DNA from: Patescibacteria group bacterium
GTDB taxonomy: Bacteria > Patescibacteriota > Microgenomatia > UBA10105 > UBA927
Reading direction: 5' to 3'
DNA length: 64,000 nucleotides
Assembly: GCA_038062895.1 (NCBI GenBank)
Contig: JBBTWJ010000005.1
Span: forward strand, 131,715-195,714
Shown here piece by piece: positions 27,747 through 37,845 of the stretch (position 1 is its first letter; the number at the start of each line of letters is the position of its first letter). The notes under the pieces are model-generated. The model made no database searches and was not told the origin of the DNA. It saw only the letters and a list, made by a program, of their open reading frames with translations. A program made the position numbers and the translations under genes.

Positions 27747-28172
27747 ATGGATGGCCTACCAACCCCGCCGATGGCGGGGAATAACCCAATAAATACCAAT
27801 AATCCAATAATCCAATCAGGAAATATTTCTGTTGGGAAGGAGTTGGAGTCAGGTGTGGTGGTGAAAGAAGAGCCGGGGCTCAAGGATGTATCGGGACAGG
27901 AAATAGAGCTACCCCGCGAAGTGGCGGCAGCCGGAGTGTCTAACCAACCGACGACGGTGCAACTCCCGCAGCCGGTCTCACAAATGGGGGTAAAAGTAGT
28001 CGGGGATGCAGTGGTGCCGGCAGCGCCGCCGGTGGCGCTTCCTTTGACTGATGATCAGATTGCATTGGGACTCAAACAAAGTGTAACCACCTCTTGGCGG
28101 TGGCTCGCAGAATTCTGCGTACGGAAATTGAAACAACTACACAAAACATTAGTCAAAAGTCCAAAAGTCTAA
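27747..28172 (+). CDS. Hypothetical protein
   Basis: LPLTDDQI..GL...SWRWLAEFCVRKLK C-terminus; directly upstream of the ATPase. Confidence 0.6.
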   Translation: MDGLPTPPMAGNNPINTNNPIIQSGNISVGKELESGVVVKEEPGLKDVSGQEIELPREVAAAGVSNQPTTVQLPQPVSQMGVKVVGDAVVPAAPPVALPLTDDQIALGLKQSVTTSWRWLAEFCVRKLKQLHKTLVKSPKV

Positions 28173-28232
28173 AGTCGATAAAGTCTAGAAAGTAAACACT
28201 TTGAGACTTTCAAACTTTACGGACTTTAAGAC
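28152..28232. repeat. Low-complexity inverted repeat (AAAGTC / GACTTT units)
   Basis: AAAAGTCCAAAAGTCTAAAGTC...GACTTTCAAACTTTACGGACTTT. Confidence 0.7.
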
Positions 28233-28239
28233 TCATTTT

Positions 28240-30591
28240 ATGCCATTACAATTTGCCGATCTTACCTATCAGTTGGAAATATTTGCCGTAAGCCTCTTAT
28301 TATTGGTGGTGTTTTTGACGGGCCTCGTGATCCTGGGCTATATAGCATTTCTTTTTTGGAAGTACCGAAACCGTGAAGAGCGAAGCCTCGAGTATGTGCT
28401 CATGCAGATAGCGGTCCCGAGGGAAAACGAGACGAAGATTGATGCGGCAGAGCAGTTGTTTGCAAGTTTACATTCCATTTCTCATGGTGGATTTTGGTCC
28501 TTCCTCAAGCCCCAGGACCATATTTCTTTTGAAATAGTCGCCAAGCGTGAAGATATCCGATTCTACGTATGTGTGCCCCGGCGGCTCATGGATTATGTGG
28601 AGAAGCAAATACACGGAAGCTATAGCGGGGCAGACATCAAGGAGGTAGACGAATATTCTATATTCTCCCAGACCGGCAAGGTCGCATTTGCAGCGCTCAA
28701 ACTGAAAAGTTCTAACTACTTTCCAATGCGGATATATCGGGATTTGCCGGTGGATCCACTCTCTTCCATCACCTCGGTGTTGGCTAAAATGCAGGAAGGG
28801 GAGGGGGCTGCCGTACAAATCCTCATCCAACCGGCGGACAGTAAGTGGCGAAAACTCGGCCGGGGATACATATCGAAAGTAAAAAAAGATGAGGCCAATC
28901 CCGAAAAAGCGAACTTCAAAGTGGACCCCAAAAGTCTCGAGGCAATTGAAGGCAAAGTGAGTAAACCCGGATTTAACACAGTTGTCCGATTGGTCGTATC
29001 ATCGCCGAGCGAGGAATCGGCAAAACAGCATTTGGAAAATTTGATCGGATCCTTCGAGCAGTTTGCCAGTGATCATAATAATTTTACGAAAGTGAAGCTT
29101 CCCATGAAACAGCTCTTTATGGTGGACTTCATTTACCGGTATTTTCCGGTGATCAACCTGCCACTTCTCCCGCAGCACAGCGTGCTTTCTACAGACGAGC
29201 TGGCGACTATTTTTCATTTACCGAATAAATCTATCGAGACCGCACACATCTTTTGGCTCAACGCCAAGCGCGCACCGGCTCCGTCCCAGATACCATCCTC
29301 GGGATTATTTATGGGCATCTCGCGCTACCGAGGGCAGGACCGAAGAATATATATTGGCGAAGATGACCGAAGACGGCACATGTACATCATCGGCAAAACA
29401 GGAACGGGTAAATCACAACTCCTGGAGGAGATGGTCATGCAGGATATCCATGCCGGTCATGGACTGGCCGTCGTGGATCCCCACGGAGATCTGGTCGAGA
29501 ACATTCTCGCCCGTATGCCCCCCGGTAGGGCGGAGGACGTCATCTACTTTGATCCGGGAGACAGCGAGCGGCCGATTGGCTTGAATCTCTTGGAAGCCAA
29601 GACCGAACTGCAAAAACACTTTGTGGCAACGTCTATCGTCGGGCTCATGTATAAGCTCTTTGACCCTATGAAAACCGGTATCATCGGGCCCCGGTTTGAA
29701 CATGCGATCCGAAACGCCATGCTTACCGTCATGGAAGCCATCCCCAACGGCACCTTCATCGAGGTTGTCCAGACGCTGCAACGCCCGGACTTCGTGCAGT
29801 CACTTCTGCCACTCGTCAAAGATCCGATTGTACGGCGGTATTGGACGGATCAGATTGCCCAAACCGCGGACTTTCATAAATCGGAGGTCCTGGACTACAT
29901 CGTCTCGAAATTCGGGCGGTTCATCACCAACAAGCTCATCCGCAATATCATCGGACAATCCTATTCCAGTTTTGAATTCCGCAAAGTCATGGATGAGGGG
30001 AAGATACTCCTCGTCAATCTCGCAAAGGGGAAGCTGGGGGAGGAGAACAGCAATTTTCTGGGACTCATCCTTGTTCCCCGGATTTTGATTTCTGCTATGA
30101 GTCGGCAGGAAATACCGGAGGAGAAACGGCGGGACTTTTATCTGTACGTGGATGAGTTTCAAAATTTCGCGACCCCCGACTTTGCCCAGATCCTGTCCGA
30201 AGCCCGGAAATACCGTCTCAACCTCATCGTTGCCAACCAGTTCATCGGGCAGATGGAGGAGGAAGTGAAAAATGCGGTATTTGGAAACGTAGGTACCGTG
30301 GCTTCGTTCCGTATCGGTGTCACCGATGCCAACTACCTGCAGCATGAATTTCAGCCGACTTTCAATGAAAGTGATCTCATCAACATTGATCGCTTCAACG
30401 CGTACGTCAAAACGACCGTTCACAACGAGCCGGTCAAGCCGTTTAGCATGGATTTGACCAAAGACATGAGTAAGGTCACGGCGTCCAAAAATCCGGCTGT
30501 GGCCGCGGCCATTGTCCAGCTCTCGCGCCTCAAGTATGGCAGGAGCAAAGAGCTCGTGGAAGCCGAGATAGCCCAGAGAGCAAGACTATAA
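28240..30591 (+). CDS. VirD4/TraM-HerA-like membrane-anchored ATPase
   Basis: N-terminal TM; RRRHMYIIGKTGTGKS, VDPHGDL, LYVDEFQNF, LSEARKYRLNLIVANQ. Confidence 0.85.
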   Translation: MPLQFADLTYQLEIFAVSLLLLVVFLTGLVILGYIAFLFWKYRNREERSLEYVLMQIAVPRENETKIDAAEQLFASLHSISHGGFWSFLKPQDHISFEIVAKREDIRFYVCVPRRLMDYVEKQIHGSYSGADIKEVDEYSIFSQTGKVAFAALKLKSSNYFPMRIYRDLPVDPLSSITSVLAKMQEGEGAAVQILIQPADSKWRKLGRGYISKVKKDEANPEKANFKVDPKSLEAIEGKVSKPGFNTVVRLVVSSPSEESAKQHLENLIGSFEQFASDHNNFTKVKLPMKQLFMVDFIYRYFPVINLPLLPQHSVLSTDELATIFHLPNKSIETAHIFWLNAKRAPAPSQIPSSGLFMGISRYRGQDRRIYIGEDDRRRHMYIIGKTGTGKSQLLEEMVMQDIHAGHGLAVVDPHGDLVENILARMPPGRAEDVIYFDPGDSERPIGLNLLEAKTELQKHFVATSIVGLMYKLFDPMKTGIIGPRFEHAIRNAMLTVMEAIPNGTFIEVVQTLQRPDFVQSLLPLVKDPIVRRYWTDQIAQTADFHKSEVLDYIVSKFGRFITNKLIRNIIGQSYSSFEFRKVMDEGKILLVNLAKGKLGEENSNFLGLILVPRILISAMSRQEIPEEKRRDFYLYVDEFQNFATPDFAQILSEARKYRLNLIVANQFIGQMEEEVKNAVFGNVGTVASFRIGVTDANYLQHEFQPTFNESDLINIDRFNAYVKTTVHNEPVKPFSMDLTKDMSKVTASKNPAVAAAIVQLSRLKYGRSKELVEAEIAQRARL

Positions 30592-30889
30592 AAAAGTACG
30601 GGAAGTATGAAAGGTACGGGAAGTACGGGAGGGTAGAGCAGAAAATCCTATAGGCTTGACTTCTTCTTCTTCTTCTTCTTCTAAACTCCATTGATACGTA
30701 GGCCAATAAAGAGCGTCACAAAGCGATGTTTATTTTGTTGGTTTGCTATTTTTGTTGCTCATTGACAGGTTGCGGAAAACATTCAGTTGTCTTCTATTCA
30801 ATACAATGGATAGCATCTTTAGCATGATTATTCGTGCTTGAAATGCTATCCATAGGTATGGATAAATATAAAATAAAAGGAGAAAGAAA

Positions 30890-31396
30890 ATGTTAGAAGA
30901 TACGTGGTACCAATTATATGTAAAGTCTCCATTGGGAAACGGTTATACAACGCCCCAAGCAATGAAACGCATAGATGACTATCTCATCTCAAAAACCCCT
31001 GCGTCATTTGTTGCGCCAACAGGTCTGCCGGAACAAGGTGAGGACGGAACATGGGAAATTCGAGTGCATCAGCAATCAGCCCTTGTACTTGTTAAACGCA
31101 TTCTCACTGAGCATTATGGTTTAGAAATCGTCCGAGAAGTGGAGAATGCACCAAAGGTTGAGGGAGAGGCGCCGATGGACGATGACATTACAAAACGAGC
31201 CCTGACAATCGCCGAAATGGAAGATCACACGATTAACCCAGGTGCGATCAAGGTTCTTGGAAAGCTGTTTGCTAAGTATGGTGTGGGTGACATATCGAAG
31301 ATCGAACAATTGAAACTCACCTATATACAGGTGTGGGCACGTTACAAAACAGCTGGCTATGACATTTCGATTATGCATCAACAGCTATATAGTTGA
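30890..31396 (+). CDS. Hypothetical protein
   Basis: SD AAAGGAG; long leader with hairpin ATGGATAGCAT...ATGCTATCCAT. Confidence 0.6.
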   Translation: MLEDTWYQLYVKSPLGNGYTTPQAMKRIDDYLISKTPASFVAPTGLPEQGEDGTWEIRVHQQSALVLVKRILTEHYGLEIVREVENAPKVEGEAPMDDDITKRALTIAEMEDHTINPGAIKVLGKLFAKYGVGDISKIEQLKLTYIQVWARYKTAGYDISIMHQQLYS

Positions 31397-31506
31397 CCGC
31401 AACATTGAGACGCAAGACCCCCTCCGGAGTCAAATTTGTTCTGATGAATATCGGAATGATTTTGATGTTGATGGAGGGGTTTGTTTTGTAAGCACTGGTG
31501 TACGCG

Positions 31507-31629
31507 CTATGATCGTGATGATTTTTTCGAAGACGATTTCCGAAAAAATGCAACGTACATCAAGAGAAAGACGATGAGAAGCAGCGCATACATAACAGAG
31601 ATGTTGTTGGCGATTGTAGTAAAGTTCAT
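31507..31629 (-). CDS. Small single-TM peptide (40 aa)
   Basis: SD GGAGGT; ATGA overlap with upstream ORF; MNFTTIANNISVMYALLLIVFLLMYVAFFRK. Confidence 0.5.
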   Translation of the reverse strand: MNFTTIANNISVMYALLLIVFLLMYVAFFRKSSSKKSSRS

Positions 31630-31829
31630 GATTGACCTTGCACCTCCTCTCGTAGACTTTTGGCAATAAACAGAGAAATAATGCCAAGAAAAAAACGAAA
31701 AAGCAGTTCCCACGGGGTTTTGAGTGTTCCTAGTTGCGGTTCGATAAATACGACGGCAAACCACCCTGCAGAGAGATTAACAAAAAGTTCTGAAACTATT
31801 TCAAACCATACGGTCGAGATAGTCATCAT
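31626..31829 (-). CDS. Small two-TM protein
   Basis: SELFVNLSAGWFAVVFI; hydrophobic; coupled to next peptide. Confidence 0.55.
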   Translation of the reverse strand: MMTISTVWFEIVSELFVNLSAGWFAVVFIEPQLGTLKTPWELLFRFFLGIISLFIAKSLREEVQGQS

Positions 31830-31963
31830 GATGCTACTGTATCAAGAAATTAGTGGAACTGCAACGTTAAACTGCAACGTAAAAATTATTTCACCCCTTT
31901 ACCCAGCACCACGCGATGGCGCGGGGTTTACTTTTTATTGCAACTGCTATAGTGTTGTTTATC

Positions 31964-33325
31964 ATGGGTGATGAAATTACCGTTTATATCGCCAACATGT
32001 CTGAGGACGTGTGGCCCTTCATATCCAGTATCTCCGACAAGAAGATGTTTGAGTTTGAGATAGAGGATAACGCACACCTGGGAGACCGCGACATATTTGC
32101 CGTCGCCCCCAATGGCGGGATCCTTTGTGTGTTGCCCCGGACAGTGAGCGAGGCGTATCTTGCCTACTACAGTCAGATCATGAATGTGACGAACGCCCGC
32201 GTGGTCGTGCCCCCGAAGCATACGGGGGAAATCTGTGAGGATATATTGCGTAGTGAAAAGACGTTAGACGCGTTGATCGAGGCCTCGGGCGAACATAAAT
32301 CATTGACACTTCTCTCTTACACGACATCCTTGCAGTTTTTGCAGCTGGTAAAAGTTTTGCGGGAGCGGGGAATAAAAGTAAATACTCCGGAAGCCCCGGA
32401 AGAGGAAGATGCATGGATTGTCAATTTTTTTGGCAGCAAATCGGGTATCCGGCAGTTTGTCCAGAAAAGCGGTGCGGTCGAACCGGATCTGCGGATGCCA
32501 GAGGGCCTGTTTTGCGTGGGGATCGATGACGCGGCGCGGATCGCTGCCAATAAATACGTTGCCCGCGATGGGGTCGTCATCAAAACCAATAAGGGACACT
32601 CGGGAAGCGGGGTGCTTATTTTCCGTCCCGGGGAACTGCCCAAGCAGTACAGTGTGTGCCGCGAAAAAATCCGGGAGACGTTATCAAAAGATGTGTATTG
32701 GGACCGGTTTCCGATCGTCATTGAGGACTATATTGCCGCTAACCCTGGTGTCGGGGGCGGGTTCCCCAATGTGGAGTTTAAAGTGCAGAAAAGCGGGAAA
32801 GTGGAATTCTTATACTACTGTGGGATGCGGGTGACCAAAGAAGGGTCATTCCGTGGCGTGGAGATACACCACAGCGTGGTTTCGGACAAGATAGAGGCGC
32901 AGATGGTGGATACGGGATTTTTTGTCGGTGAGCAGTATGCTAAGGCCGGGTACCACGGGTACTATGATGTGGACTTTGTGGCCGGCCGGGGAGGGGAGCT
33001 TTTTGTGACGGAATCCAACGTACGGCGTACGGGCGGGACGCACGTCTACGCTGTAGCCAACCGTCTGTTCGGAAAAGAGTTCATGTACGAGACGTATACG
33101 CTTTCGTGTAATACCTATCCGCTGCCGAAGGGGAAGAAGTTTACGTTTACTTCGTTGCTCGAAATATTGAAACCAGTTCTTTTTGATAAAAAGACGCGCG
33201 AAGGGGTCATATTAGTATCTGAAAATATGTTGGAGATGGGGCAGATGCAGTACATCATCTTCGGGGCTAATAAAAAGAGAGCGCTCGAGATTGAGGCGGA
33301 AATGGAGAGATTGTTAGTTGGTTAG
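31964..33325 (+). CDS. ATP-grasp domain protein (pre-ATP-grasp, peptide-ligase-like)
   Basis: VVIKTNKGHSGSGV, IVIEDYI, GYYDVDFV, TESNVRRTGGT. Confidence 0.75.
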   Translation: MGDEITVYIANMSEDVWPFISSISDKKMFEFEIEDNAHLGDRDIFAVAPNGGILCVLPRTVSEAYLAYYSQIMNVTNARVVVPPKHTGEICEDILRSEKTLDALIEASGEHKSLTLLSYTTSLQFLQLVKVLRERGIKVNTPEAPEEEDAWIVNFFGSKSGIRQFVQKSGAVEPDLRMPEGLFCVGIDDAARIAANKYVARDGVVIKTNKGHSGSGVLIFRPGELPKQYSVCREKIRETLSKDVYWDRFPIVIEDYIAANPGVGGGFPNVEFKVQKSGKVEFLYYCGMRVTKEGSFRGVEIHHSVVSDKIEAQMVDTGFFVGEQYAKAGYHGYYDVDFVAGRGGELFVTESNVRRTGGTHVYAVANRLFGKEFMYETYTLSCNTYPLPKGKKFTFTSLLEILKPVLFDKKTREGVILVSENMLEMGQMQYIIFGANKKRALEIEAEMERLLVG

Positions 33326-33399
33326 TTCGTTACTTAGTTACTTCGTAAAAACAGTTTTTTGATATAATGCCTACGTTACGTATAGAAACGCCAAATAAC

Positions 33400-33471
33400 G
33401 GGGCTGTAGCTCAGCGGTAGAGCGCTACTCTTATAAAGTAGATGTCCTTGGTCCGATCCCAAGCAGCCCCA
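33400..33471 (+). tRNA. tRNA-Ile (anticodon UAU)
   Basis: Acceptor GGGGCTG/CAGCCCC, D arm GCTC/GAGC, anticodon stem CTACT/AGTAG with loop CT-TAT-AA, T stem CTTGG/CCAAG, discriminator A. Confidence 0.9.
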
Positions 33472-33520
33472 CCTGTTGGCAATTATCCAATTATCCAATT
33501 TCAAATAATCCAATAATCCA

Positions 33521-34078
33521 ATGGGAGAAGAGGTCGTAGTATTAGTTGACGATGATGATCGTGAGATCGGATTAGCGCCGAAAGAAAGCGTTCATACCAC
33601 CAACACGCCGCTCCACCGTGGGTTCTCCTGCTTCCTGTTTAATTCCAAAAAAGAGCTGCTTCTGACAAAACGTGCCTCAACGAAAAAAACATTTCCGGGC
33701 GTGTGGACAAACACCGTCTGCGGGCACCCTGCACCGGGGGAGAGCGTGGAGGAGGCGGCCTTGAGGAGGCTCAATGATGAGTTGGGACTGACAAGGTTGA
33801 ACCTTGTCAAGAAACAAGGTTCAACCTTTTTACGAGAGATTACCCCCTATCGATATAGATTCACCGATGCTAATGGCATTGTCGAAAACGAGATTTGTCC
33901 GGTGCTCGTTGGGTACTGCGATACGGACCCTAAGCCGGATAAGACGGAAATAGAAGATTGGAGATGGGTACGATGGGAGGAGTTTTTGGAAGATATTAAG
34001 AAAAATCCAGAAATTTATTCCCCATGGAGTAGGGAAGAAAGTTACATTCTGGCCCATTCTTCAAGTATGTTTCTGTGA
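33521..34078 (+). CDS. idi: Isopentenyl-diphosphate delta-isomerase type 1
   Basis: PLHRGFSCFLFN, WTNTVCGHP, RRLNDELG, ENEICPV, YSPW; palindromic insert at 33791-33830. Confidence 0.92.
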   Translation: MGEEVVVLVDDDDREIGLAPKESVHTTNTPLHRGFSCFLFNSKKELLLTKRASTKKTFPGVWTNTVCGHPAPGESVEEAALRRLNDELGLTRLNLVKKQGSTFLREITPYRYRFTDANGIVENEICPVLVGYCDTDPKPDKTEIEDWRWVRWEEFLEDIKKNPEIYSPWSREESYILAHSSSMFL

Positions 34079-34353
34079 TTGCGAATAGTCTGTAGGGTAG
34101 AATTAAAAACTTCTACCATTTTTCCACTTGGTATTCCGAGAGCGAACTCCGAGAGCTCCAATCTATTTAGGACTTGAGTTCGGTCCCCAGCCGGAGTTGA
34201 GTTTAGAGTTTCATCGAGCAAGGTGATTAAATCATATTCACATCGGGGGAGGGTGGTTACTTCCGGTTTTCCTGGTTGTTTACCTGGGCGACAATCTTCA
34301 TTTGTACAGGGTTTGCCTGTAAATCGACAAAAAATCGGAGCATCTGGTGGCAT
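34042..34353 (-). CDS. Hypothetical protein
   Basis: Co-oriented downstream of the recombinase; Cys cluster at N-terminus. Confidence 0.45.
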   Translation of the reverse strand: MPPDAPIFCRFTGKPCTNEDCRPGKQPGKPEVTTLPRCEYDLITLLDETLNSTPAGDRTQVLNRLELSEFALGIPSGKMVEVFNSTLQTIRNHRNILEEWARM

Positions 34354-34363
34354 ATAATGATTT

Positions 34364-35245
34364 TTATAACTCCTCTAGTTTGACGTTCTCTGTTTGTTTG
34401 TCTTTGACCAGTTCGAGGTACTTTTCGGTCGTGGAGAGGCGTTTGTGGCCGACGAGTTTGGAAAGTGTCGTGATGGATGTTCCCGCCATGAGATGGTGGG
34501 CGATGAAGGTGTGACGCAAGTCGTTCACTTTTGCTCCATCAATGCCAGCGATGCGGAAATAGCGGTCGATGGATGTCCGGATATTGCGGATAAGGAGCGC
34601 TTTGCCGGTCTTGGTGATAAAGAGGGCGGTATTGGTAGCTCCACCCGCCGGAGGAGAACCGCGCTGTGTCAAGTAACTGGTGAGGGCTTCTTTGGCTGCT
34701 TTGTTTAGGGGCACGTTGCGGGCTGCATGGCCTTCTTGGGCTGCAACATGGAGTTCATTTTCTTTGACATCTTCAAGCGTGAGCGCGGCGAGTTCTCCGA
34801 TCCGTACGCCCGTTTGAAGGAAAAGTTCGACAATGGCGTAGGTGCGTGCATCGCCACGGCATGCATCCCGAAGCGCCCGATATTCGAGTTTAGTGAGGAT
34901 CCGGGGTGGCTTGACGTCATACTTGGGGTGCTCGATCTCGACGGCTGGATCCGCAAGAATTAAGGCGGTAGCCTTTAGAAACCGGAAAAAGGTCTTAATA
35001 GAGTTAATTTTTCTTGAGATGGATTTAGGGGTGTAGTTGTCCGACCCCAACTTTTTTAAGTATGCATCGAGTTCGTCACGGGAAACCTCTGCGATGGTTT
35101 TTTTGCCCATATTGAGCAAAAACCCAGTGAGTTGTTCTATGTCTTTGCCGTATGCTACGATGGTGGCGCGGGCGCGTCGGCGGGAGCCCAAGTACTCTAT
35201 AAATTGTTCCCGGGCGGCTTTAAGATCAGTTGGTGTAGGAGCCAT
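34364..35245 (-). CDS. XerC/D-like tyrosine recombinase
   Basis: TIVAYGKDI, SISRKINSIKTFF, TGVRIGEL, LRHTF, LVGHKRLSTTEKY. Confidence 0.88.
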   Translation of the reverse strand: MAPTPTDLKAAREQFIEYLGSRRRARATIVAYGKDIEQLTGFLLNMGKKTIAEVSRDELDAYLKKLGSDNYTPKSISRKINSIKTFFRFLKATALILADPAVEIEHPKYDVKPPRILTKLEYRALRDACRGDARTYAIVELFLQTGVRIGELAALTLEDVKENELHVAAQEGHAARNVPLNKAAKEALTSYLTQRGSPPAGGATNTALFITKTGKALLIRNIRTSIDRYFRIAGIDGAKVNDLRHTFIAHHLMAGTSITTLSKLVGHKRLSTTEKYLELVKDKQTENVKLEEL

Positions 35246-35418
35246 GTATATGTTTTTGGCAGATGGTGGCAGGAAGCCTATTTGGAGCGTATCGACGCTG
35301 TGAGGCTCAATCTAATGACCTATAATATCATAGAAGAAGTTACTTTACAAGCAACAAATTGACGATTGCAACAAAATGACAAAGGAACTAGGGAACTAGG
35401 GAACATAAGGAGACTAAA

Positions 35419-35775
35419 ATGGGGAAATGGAGAATTATTCGGTTGATCATTATCGCGGTGAGTGCCGTGCTCATCGTGAACCTGTCGCGGTCGATTTGGG
35501 ATCTGTGGTGGAGGCGGGATATCCTGGGGGAGCGTCAGGCGGTTTTACAGCGGCTAGAGGCACAAAACAGAAGTCTCCAACGTGAACTTGAATACGCGCA
35601 AAGTCCGGAGTTTATCGAACAGGAAGCGAGAAACCGGTTAGGACTCGGGAAGGAAGGGGAGGCGATAGTACTTATGCCCAATGGGCAACAAGAGGGAAGA
35701 GACAATAAACAAGAAACAGAAAACATAAAAGAGAACGTGCCAAATTGGAAGCGGTGGTGGAGGCTGTTCTTTTGA
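35419..35775 (+). CDS. Septum formation initiator (DivIC/FtsB family)
   Basis: TM plus coiled coil, SPEFIEQEARNRLGLGKEGE. Confidence 0.85.
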   Translation: MGKWRIIRLIIIAVSAVLIVNLSRSIWDLWWRRDILGERQAVLQRLEAQNRSLQRELEYAQSPEFIEQEARNRLGLGKEGEAIVLMPNGQQEGRDNKQETENIKENVPNWKRWWRLFF

Positions 35776-35818
35776 GGCTATTATCCCGCTTGGCGGGACC
35801 AGCCTCATCGGGTTGGAA

Positions 35819-35850
35819 GAAAAAAGCTCCGTTAGTGAGGAGCTTTTTTC
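35819..35850. terminator. Bidirectional intrinsic terminator
   Basis: AAAAAAGCTCC-GTTAGTGA-GGAGCTTTTTT between convergent divIC and tRNA. Confidence 0.75.
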
Positions 35851-35864
35851 TTTGATAACCCGAG

Positions 35865-35936
35865 TGCCAGCGGCAGGGATCGGACCTGCTACCAATGCCT
35901 TATGAAGGCACTGCTCTACCATTGAGCTACGCTGGC
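35865..35936 (-). tRNA. tRNA-Met (CAU), probably elongator
   Basis: GCCAGCG/CGCTGGC acceptor, anticodon arm GTGCC-TTCATAA-GGCAT, T stem GCAGG/CCTGC. Confidence 0.88.
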
Positions 35937-36019
35937 TTCCGTGACGGTCTTTATTGTACGAAAAGAAGCGCGGGAAGGCAACTTGACAGTTGTGCGGGGA
36001 TAGTATAAACTATCACGTG

Positions 36020-37057
36020 ATGGTTGATATATTTGACCGGCTGATCATAAAGAAAAAAAAACTTGATGCACTCAAGCCCCGCCCGGACAGGGAGCGAGAG
36101 AGCCTGCAGGAGTGGTTGGACGTGGAGTATACCTACACCTCCAACTGGATTGAGGGCAATACCCTCACGCGTCAACAAACGGCACTCGTCCTCGAAAAGG
36201 GGATAACGATCGAAGGAAAAACGATCCGCGAACATCTGGAGGCGACCAATCATCGGAGAGCCATTGATTTTATCCGTTCGATGACCCAAAAAGGCCACCA
36301 ATATATCACGGAAAACGATATTAAAAGCATCCACAAGATCATTTTGACGGGTATTGAGGACCGGTGGGCGGGAATTTACCGACAATCACAAGTTTTTATC
36401 CGCGGCGCGGCCACCGAGCCGCCACCCCCGCAAGAAGTGCCGTGGCGCATGAGGAAACTCGTTGAATGGTTGGGGAGTATACAGGGAGAACACCCGGCAA
36501 AAGTCGCTGCGGATTTTCATCTCCGGTTTGTCGATATTCACCCATTCATTGATGGCAACGGGAGGACGGCGAGATTACTCATGAATCTTGTCCTTTTGGG
36601 GCACGGGTATCCGATGGCCATCATCAAAACAGAAGAACGGCAGGTGTATATGAAAGCGATAGAAGAGGGAATACTGACTGGATCGCTTGATTATTTTTAT
36701 CGTGTCATCGCCGGAGCGGCAGAACGTTCATTAGATGCATGGACTGCCGCGGCCAGAGGAAAATCCGTGACCCCGTATTTCGTTGACCAGGATAGCGCAA
36801 AGCAGCCATTTATTTTTATCGGCACAGTGGCCAAGGAGGCGATGGTCTCTATTCCCACAGTACGCTACTATGTGTCCCAAGGGCTCATCCGGCCGGTGCA
36901 GAAGAGCAAAGGGGGATTTATGGAGTTTGATCCGTCGGTTGTGAAACAGATAAAAGACATTAAAAAATGGCAGCGTGAAGAGCGGCTCACCATCGAAGAA
37001 ATTAAAAAATGCTTAGTCCAAGATTTTTCATCTTCATTCGACGGCTCCAGCGTTTGA
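36020..37057 (+). CDS. Fic protein with C-terminal MerR-like HTH
   Basis: HPFIDGNGRTAR, inhibitory-type SNWIEGN, C-terminal IGTVAKEAMVSIPTVRYYVSQGLI. Confidence 0.9.
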   Translation: MVDIFDRLIIKKKKLDALKPRPDRERESLQEWLDVEYTYTSNWIEGNTLTRQQTALVLEKGITIEGKTIREHLEATNHRRAIDFIRSMTQKGHQYITENDIKSIHKIILTGIEDRWAGIYRQSQVFIRGAATEPPPPQEVPWRMRKLVEWLGSIQGEHPAKVAADFHLRFVDIHPFIDGNGRTARLLMNLVLLGHGYPMAIIKTEERQVYMKAIEEGILTGSLDYFYRVIAGAAERSLDAWTAAARGKSVTPYFVDQDSAKQPFIFIGTVAKEAMVSIPTVRYYVSQGLIRPVQKSKGGFMEFDPSVVKQIKDIKKWQREERLTIEEIKKCLVQDFSSSFDGSSV

Positions 37058-37271
37058 TCTGGGCTTCGCGTTTGAGCGCGACGGATCTGTTTGGTTGTGT
37101 TTCTTGATATATGATGCGTACCGGAGGGTGGCTCCTCGTGTACGCGCCGCCTTTCCCGCTTATATGCTCAAGAAGCCGTTTGTGGGGGTCTATGGCGATG
37201 CCGGTATAGAGGCTGCCGTTTCGGCACAAGAGAATATAGACAAACCAGGGTGTCGCGGGATTAGTGTTCAT
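37002..37271 (-). CDS. GIY-YIG nuclease (UPF0213/YhbQ-like)
   Basis: WFVYILLCRNGSLYTG, RLLEHISGKGGAYTR, ALKREAQIK. Confidence 0.9.
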   Translation of the reverse strand: MNTNPATPWFVYILLCRNGSLYTGIAIDPHKRLLEHISGKGGAYTRSHPPVRIIYQETQPNRSVALKREAQIKRWSRRMKMKNLGLSIF

Positions 37272-37418
37272 TGTCTTGAAGTATACCTAATTAAAAAGAG
37301 GATATCTTGGTTTACTTCAAGCTAAAAAAATCCCCCTCCTTGTTATCAACGCTATCGCCAATATTTGGCAAATAACTCCGACTCGGAGGGGGTCTTGCTT
37401 ATGGATCTGCGGGGTGGG

Positions 37419-37763
37419 TCATCGAAGGAATGCTGCCAGGAGCATAGCCATTGGGTCAACTTCACGTGCTGGCGTTCTAACAACGATTCCAGTTGCAATA
37501 TCGTCGCCAACACGTTCGCCATCTGTTTGACCGTAGTCCCGTTTCGTTTCTTGCGTGACGACGCCATATAAGGCGGTCAATACATCTTGACTTTGGTCAT
37601 ACAAGGCGTTGCAATAGGCTTCGTGTGCTTCGATTGGGAAACCCATGTCGCGCAGAGCAGATGAGATTCGGAAGCGAAACGCTTTATCGCTTTCATCTTT
37701 ACCCTGTGGTGGCAAATTATGTTCTTTTGCCCTTTCTGCAGTCCAATTCACTTGATCGGCCAT
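37419..37763 (-). CDS. Hypothetical protein
   Basis: SD AAAGGAGGT upstream of ATG 37763. Confidence 0.6.
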   Translation of the reverse strand: MADQVNWTAERAKEHNLPPQGKDESDKAFRFRISSALRDMGFPIEAHEAYCNALYDQSQDVLTALYGVVTQETKRDYGQTDGERVGDDIATGIVVRTPAREVDPMAMLLAAFLR

Positions 37764-37793
37764 TTTAAATACCTCCTTTCTTTTTTTGATTCG

Positions 37794-37845
37794 GGTAACC
37801 ACGAGATTAGCCTCAATATATATTGAAACCTATCTCGTGGTTACC
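37794..37845. repeat. Perfect 14-bp inverted repeat with palindromic core
   Basis: GGTAACCACGAGAT...TCAATATATATTGA...ATCTCGTGGTTACC. Confidence 0.8.

Noticed and set aside
28240-30591. Conjugative element
   Set aside because: No relaxase, VirB4 or other T4SS genes nearby; this ATPase type is a common chromosomal gene in CPR genomes.
30660-30682. (CTT)n microsatellite as a phase-variable switch
   Set aside because: It lies in a possible promoter spacer, but there is no evidence of length variation from a single sequence.
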